DNA of 64,000 bases from Candidatus Cloacimonadales bacterium (GTDB lineage: Bacteria > Cloacimonadota > Cloacimonadia > Cloacimonadales > JAIOQZ01): assembly GCA_963665815.1 (NCBI GenBank), contig OY762463.1:3840001-3904000 (forward strand), in the 5' to 3' direction. Below are positions 60,573 through 64,000 of the stretch, one piece after another; the stretch's first letter is position 1, and each line of letters begins with the position of its first letter. The position numbers and the translations under genes are program-made. The notes under the pieces were generated by a model that worked only from the letters and a program-made list of their open reading frames with translations, searched no databases and had not been told where the DNA came from.

Positions 60573-62135
60573 ATGAGTAAGGAAAAACTTAGCAGAAATA
60601 TTGGTTCAATGTCATTTGCAGTTTTGATCAGCAGGATATTCGGGTTGCTGAGAGATCAGATATTCGCATACTTCTTTGGTGCAACATTTGTAGCCGATGC
60701 TTTCAATACAGCTTTCAAAATCCCTAATCTCCTGAGAAGACTTTTCGGGGAAGGAGCTCTTGGGGCAGCATTTATACCGTTGTATCAGGAAATCGGTATT
60801 AAACACGGGAAAAAGGAGCAGATCCATTTTGCATTGAATTTGCTGACAATCCTATTATGCCTGCTTTCTTTCTTATGTGTCATAAGCCTTGCTTTGACTC
60901 CTTGGATCGTTAAAATCATTGCACCCGGATTCAATCAGGTAACGTATGAACTAACTGTAAAACTCACCAGAATTATGTTTCCTTTCCTCATACTGATCGG
61001 TTTTTCATCTATGCTCGTGTCAATTCTCAATTCACATAAATTGTTCTTTATACCTGCTCTGACCAGCTCATTCATGAATGTTGTGATGATAGCAGCAATG
61101 CTTTTACCCGGATTACTGATGACTAAGGATGTTTCAGAACTTTCTGTATGGCTTTCTATTGGTGTTCTGGTTGGAGGAATACTTCAGACGATTACTCTGT
61201 TCCCATTATTGAAGAAACTTGATTACAAGGTAAGTCCTGTATTTGATCTGAAATCGGAAGCTATAAGTAATCTGTGGAAAAAGTTCCTGCCTGGAGTTAT
61301 TGGGATTGCAGTGCGTCAGGTAAATCTGCTTGCGGATCAGATACTAGCTTCTTTGCTTGTTGTAGGCTCTATTTCTGCGCTTGGTTATGGTAACAGGTTG
61401 ATGCAGCTCCCATTCGGGATTATCGGTGTTTCTGCTGGTGCTGCTGTTATACCGTATTTTTCAGATTATGTTGCAAAGAAGGAATGGGGAAGTCTGAACT
61501 CGAAACTGAATTTTGCCTTGAAAACAATGCTGTTTTTCTCTATTCCGATTACACTTCTGATAGTTTTACTGGGAAAAGATATTATTCGCATACTCTTTAT
61601 GAGAGGAGCATTCGATTTAGCAGCGTTGGATATGAGTTATTCAGCTTTAGTATATTATAGCGTTGGTTTGATTTTTCTCTGTCTGAACAGGGTGATTATT
61701 CCTGTTTTCTATGCCCACAAAAACACTAAAACTCCTGTAAAAATATCAATCTATATTGTTTTTATCAATGTTGTGCTGAATATAATATTAATGCAGTTCA
61801 TGCAGCATAACGGGCTGGCTCTGGCAACATCTATTGCTGCTGTTTTACAGTTCTTTATTCTATTGAATGTATTGAATAAGGACTACGAAAAAGTTAAGGT
61901 CAGTATACTTGACATGGAATTGATCAGGTTTGTTATACTTAATATCATCGCTGGAATTCTTGTTAAATTTATCTATCTGTTTATGGGCAGTCAAACCATG
62001 CTCATGGCAATAGTTAGAATTGTATTGAGTGGTATTGTAACTTTGATTGTCTTTGGAGTAGGTGTACATTTATTGAGGATTCAATACGGAATTAGATTAT
62101 GGGAAAAAATAAGCAGAAAACTTCTGAGAAAATAA
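60573..62135 (+). CDS. murJ: lipid II flippase MurJ
   Basis: SRIFGLLRD, AF.IPN..RRLFGEGA, RLMQLP.G, F.RGAF, FYA..NTKTP, GLALATS. Confidence 0.96.
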   Translation: MSKEKLSRNIGSMSFAVLISRIFGLLRDQIFAYFFGATFVADAFNTAFKIPNLLRRLFGEGALGAAFIPLYQEIGIKHGKKEQIHFALNLLTILLCLLSFLCVISLALTPWIVKIIAPGFNQVTYELTVKLTRIMFPFLILIGFSSMLVSILNSHKLFFIPALTSSFMNVVMIAAMLLPGLLMTKDVSELSVWLSIGVLVGGILQTITLFPLLKKLDYKVSPVFDLKSEAISNLWKKFLPGVIGIAVRQVNLLADQILASLLVVGSISALGYGNRLMQLPFGIIGVSAGAAVIPYFSDYVAKKEWGSLNSKLNFALKTMLFFSIPITLLIVLLGKDIIRILFMRGAFDLAALDMSYSALVYYSVGLIFLCLNRVIIPVFYAHKNTKTPVKISIYIVFINVVLNIILMQFMQHNGLALATSIAAVLQFFILLNVLNKDYEKVKVSILDMELIRFVILNIIAGILVKFIYLFMGSQTMLMAIVRIVLSGIVTLIVFGVGVHLLRIQYGIRLWEKISRKLLRK

Positions 62136-63925
62136 GAGAGAAACTGAAACTCTTACCGGAGAAACCCGGTGTTTACAGGATGTATAATTCCAAAGGGAAG
62201 ATAATATACATAGGCAAGGCAATTGTCCTGAAGAACAGGGTGAGAAGCTATTTTTCGGGTTCATCACATGATCCCAAGACAGAAGAGCTTGTAAGTAATA
62301 TCAGAGATTTGGACTACATTATTACTGAAACAGAGTACGAAGCTCTGGTTCTGGAAGCAAATCTCATAAAGAAACATCGTCCCAAGTATAACATTATGCT
62401 TAAGGATGATCGTAAATATCCGTTTATCGCCATAACAATGAATGAACCGTTTCCAAGAGTATTTGTAACCCGTGATATTGGGAAAAAGGGTGTTAAGTAT
62501 TTCGGTCCTTATACTGAAGTAAGAGCTGTCAGGAGAATATTGCGTCGATTTGAGTGGATTTTCCCTACCAGAAATTGTACGAGAACAATCCCTGCTCATA
62601 AGATTATCCACGAAAAGCCTTGTATTAACTTTCAGCTTGGCAAGTGCCCTGCTCCCTGTGTTGGATATATTACTCAGGAGGAATATGGAAAGACAATCAG
62701 GAGCATATTCCGGTTTCTACAGGGACGTACCGACGAGATAATCGATACGTTTAAATCTGAAATGGAAGGTTATGCTGAGAATCTTGAGTTTGAAAAGGCT
62801 GCTAAGACCAGAGATATAATCAAGAATATTGAGTCTGTCACCAGAAATCAGCATGTACATTTTGCCGATCAGTCCAACAGGGATGTCATAGGAATATATA
62901 AAGATGCGGACAGAGCTGCCGTTAGTGTTCTGAAGATTCTGTCAGGGAAACTGATGAATAGAGAAATCTATGCTATGGATAATGTAGCCGGATCAGAATA
63001 TCCTGAGATCATGGAAGCTTTTGTTAAGCAGTATTATACAAACAAGTTGGATGACCTGCCATATAGGATTTTGTGTCAGTATGAACCGACTGATTTTGAG
63101 GCAATTAATGAAATGCTGAAGAATAAAGTTATTGTTCCGCAGAAGGGCGACAACAAACAGCTTATCGGATTGGCTAAGAAGAATGCATTTAACCATGTAG
63201 AAGAACTGAGATTACAGCACCTGAAGTCGAAAGAACGAGCAATTTTGCCTGTGCAGGAGCTTAAAGAAAAGTTGCAGTTAAATAAACTGCCCCGCAGGAT
63301 GATATGTATTGATATCTCAACAATTCAGGGAACAGATACAGTGTCGTCTCTGGTTTTCTTTGAGAATGGCAAGCCCAAAAAGAAGAATTACATGCACTTC
63401 ATAATGAAGACTGTAGAAGGACAGGATGACTTTGCTTCTATGCGGGAGACTTTAACGAGATATCTGGCAAAAATAGATAACTATGTCAAACCCGATCTGA
63501 TTGTGATAGATGGGGGAAAGGGACAGCTCAGCTCAGCCTTCAGTATTCTGCAGGAGTACAAGCAGGATGATATAGAGATGATTTCTCTGGCAAAGAGGAT
63601 TGAGGAAGTGTTTCTACCCGGACAGAAGACATCTATCCTGCTACCAAGGAATTCATCCGCTTTGAGACTACTCATTCACATTCGGGATGAGTCTCACAGG
63701 TTTGCAGTTACGTTCCATAGAAAGAGACGCTCGCACAGAACACTGATTAGTGATCTGGACAGAGTTAAGGGCATAGGTGAAAACAAAAAGTTCATGTTGT
63801 TGAAACAGTTTGGTTCTGTGGCTAATCTGCGAAAAGCCAGTGCTGAGGAGATTGCTGTCATGCCGGGAATTGGTATTAAAACAGCAGAATCTATTCTGGC
63901 GCAATTGAAGGAGATGGATAATTAA
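62099..63925 (+). CDS. uvrC: excinuclease ABC subunit C
   Basis: GIY-YIG N-terminus, Cys cluster, UVR domain, DISTIQG, DDFASM, IDGGKGQL, RDESHRFA, HhH. Confidence 0.98.
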   Translation: MGKNKQKTSEKIREKLKLLPEKPGVYRMYNSKGKIIYIGKAIVLKNRVRSYFSGSSHDPKTEELVSNIRDLDYIITETEYEALVLEANLIKKHRPKYNIMLKDDRKYPFIAITMNEPFPRVFVTRDIGKKGVKYFGPYTEVRAVRRILRRFEWIFPTRNCTRTIPAHKIIHEKPCINFQLGKCPAPCVGYITQEEYGKTIRSIFRFLQGRTDEIIDTFKSEMEGYAENLEFEKAAKTRDIIKNIESVTRNQHVHFADQSNRDVIGIYKDADRAAVSVLKILSGKLMNREIYAMDNVAGSEYPEIMEAFVKQYYTNKLDDLPYRILCQYEPTDFEAINEMLKNKVIVPQKGDNKQLIGLAKKNAFNHVEELRLQHLKSKERAILPVQELKEKLQLNKLPRRMICIDISTIQGTDTVSSLVFFENGKPKKKNYMHFIMKTVEGQDDFASMRETLTRYLAKIDNYVKPDLIVIDGGKGQLSSAFSILQEYKQDDIEMISLAKRIEEVFLPGQKTSILLPRNSSALRLLIHIRDESHRFAVTFHRKRRSHRTLISDLDRVKGIGENKKFMLLKQFGSVANLRKASAEEIAVMPGIGIKTAESILAQLKEMDN

Positions 63926-64000
63926 TTAAATTTATGTTGTAGAAAAAGTGTATATACAAAGTTAAAAAAATATTTTCTTTTTGAACTTATACCCTGTAGC

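Overview
AT-rich bacterial chromosomal window with about 55 CDS, 4 tRNAs, and no rRNA, CRISPR array, integrase or transposase. Six secreted proteins end in an N(Y/F)PNPFNP...IYNIKGQK...W.G...SG.YF C-terminal FlgD-Ig/T9SS-like sorting domain, which suggests an FCB-group organism such as Cloacimonadota (inference, not verified). Housekeeping content: tRNA Gly-Cys-Leu cluster, tRNA-Phe, pilD-trmB-dgt-prfB(+1 frameshift)-uppS-cdsA, M16 peptidase, amtB, hflX, MATE, murJ, uvrC. Main points of interest: (1) an unannotated leader peptide MIRTERLRK with an attenuator-like terminator ahead of hflX; (2) an LRR-Roc-COR-TIR gene with shuffled 66-nt LRR units, enclosed by ~178-bp direct repeats carrying GTAG-REP-like hairpins; (3) two tandem ECF-like sigma factors with C-terminal extensions and no evident anti-sigma, each followed by a short transcription unit; (4) a ~190-nt dispersed element with covarying hairpins; (5) a sigma54-driven flgF-flgG-flgA-flgH cluster with no adjacent flgI; (6) an SbcD-like plus Cho-like nuclease pair. 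All product calls come from motif recognition by eye, without database searches.
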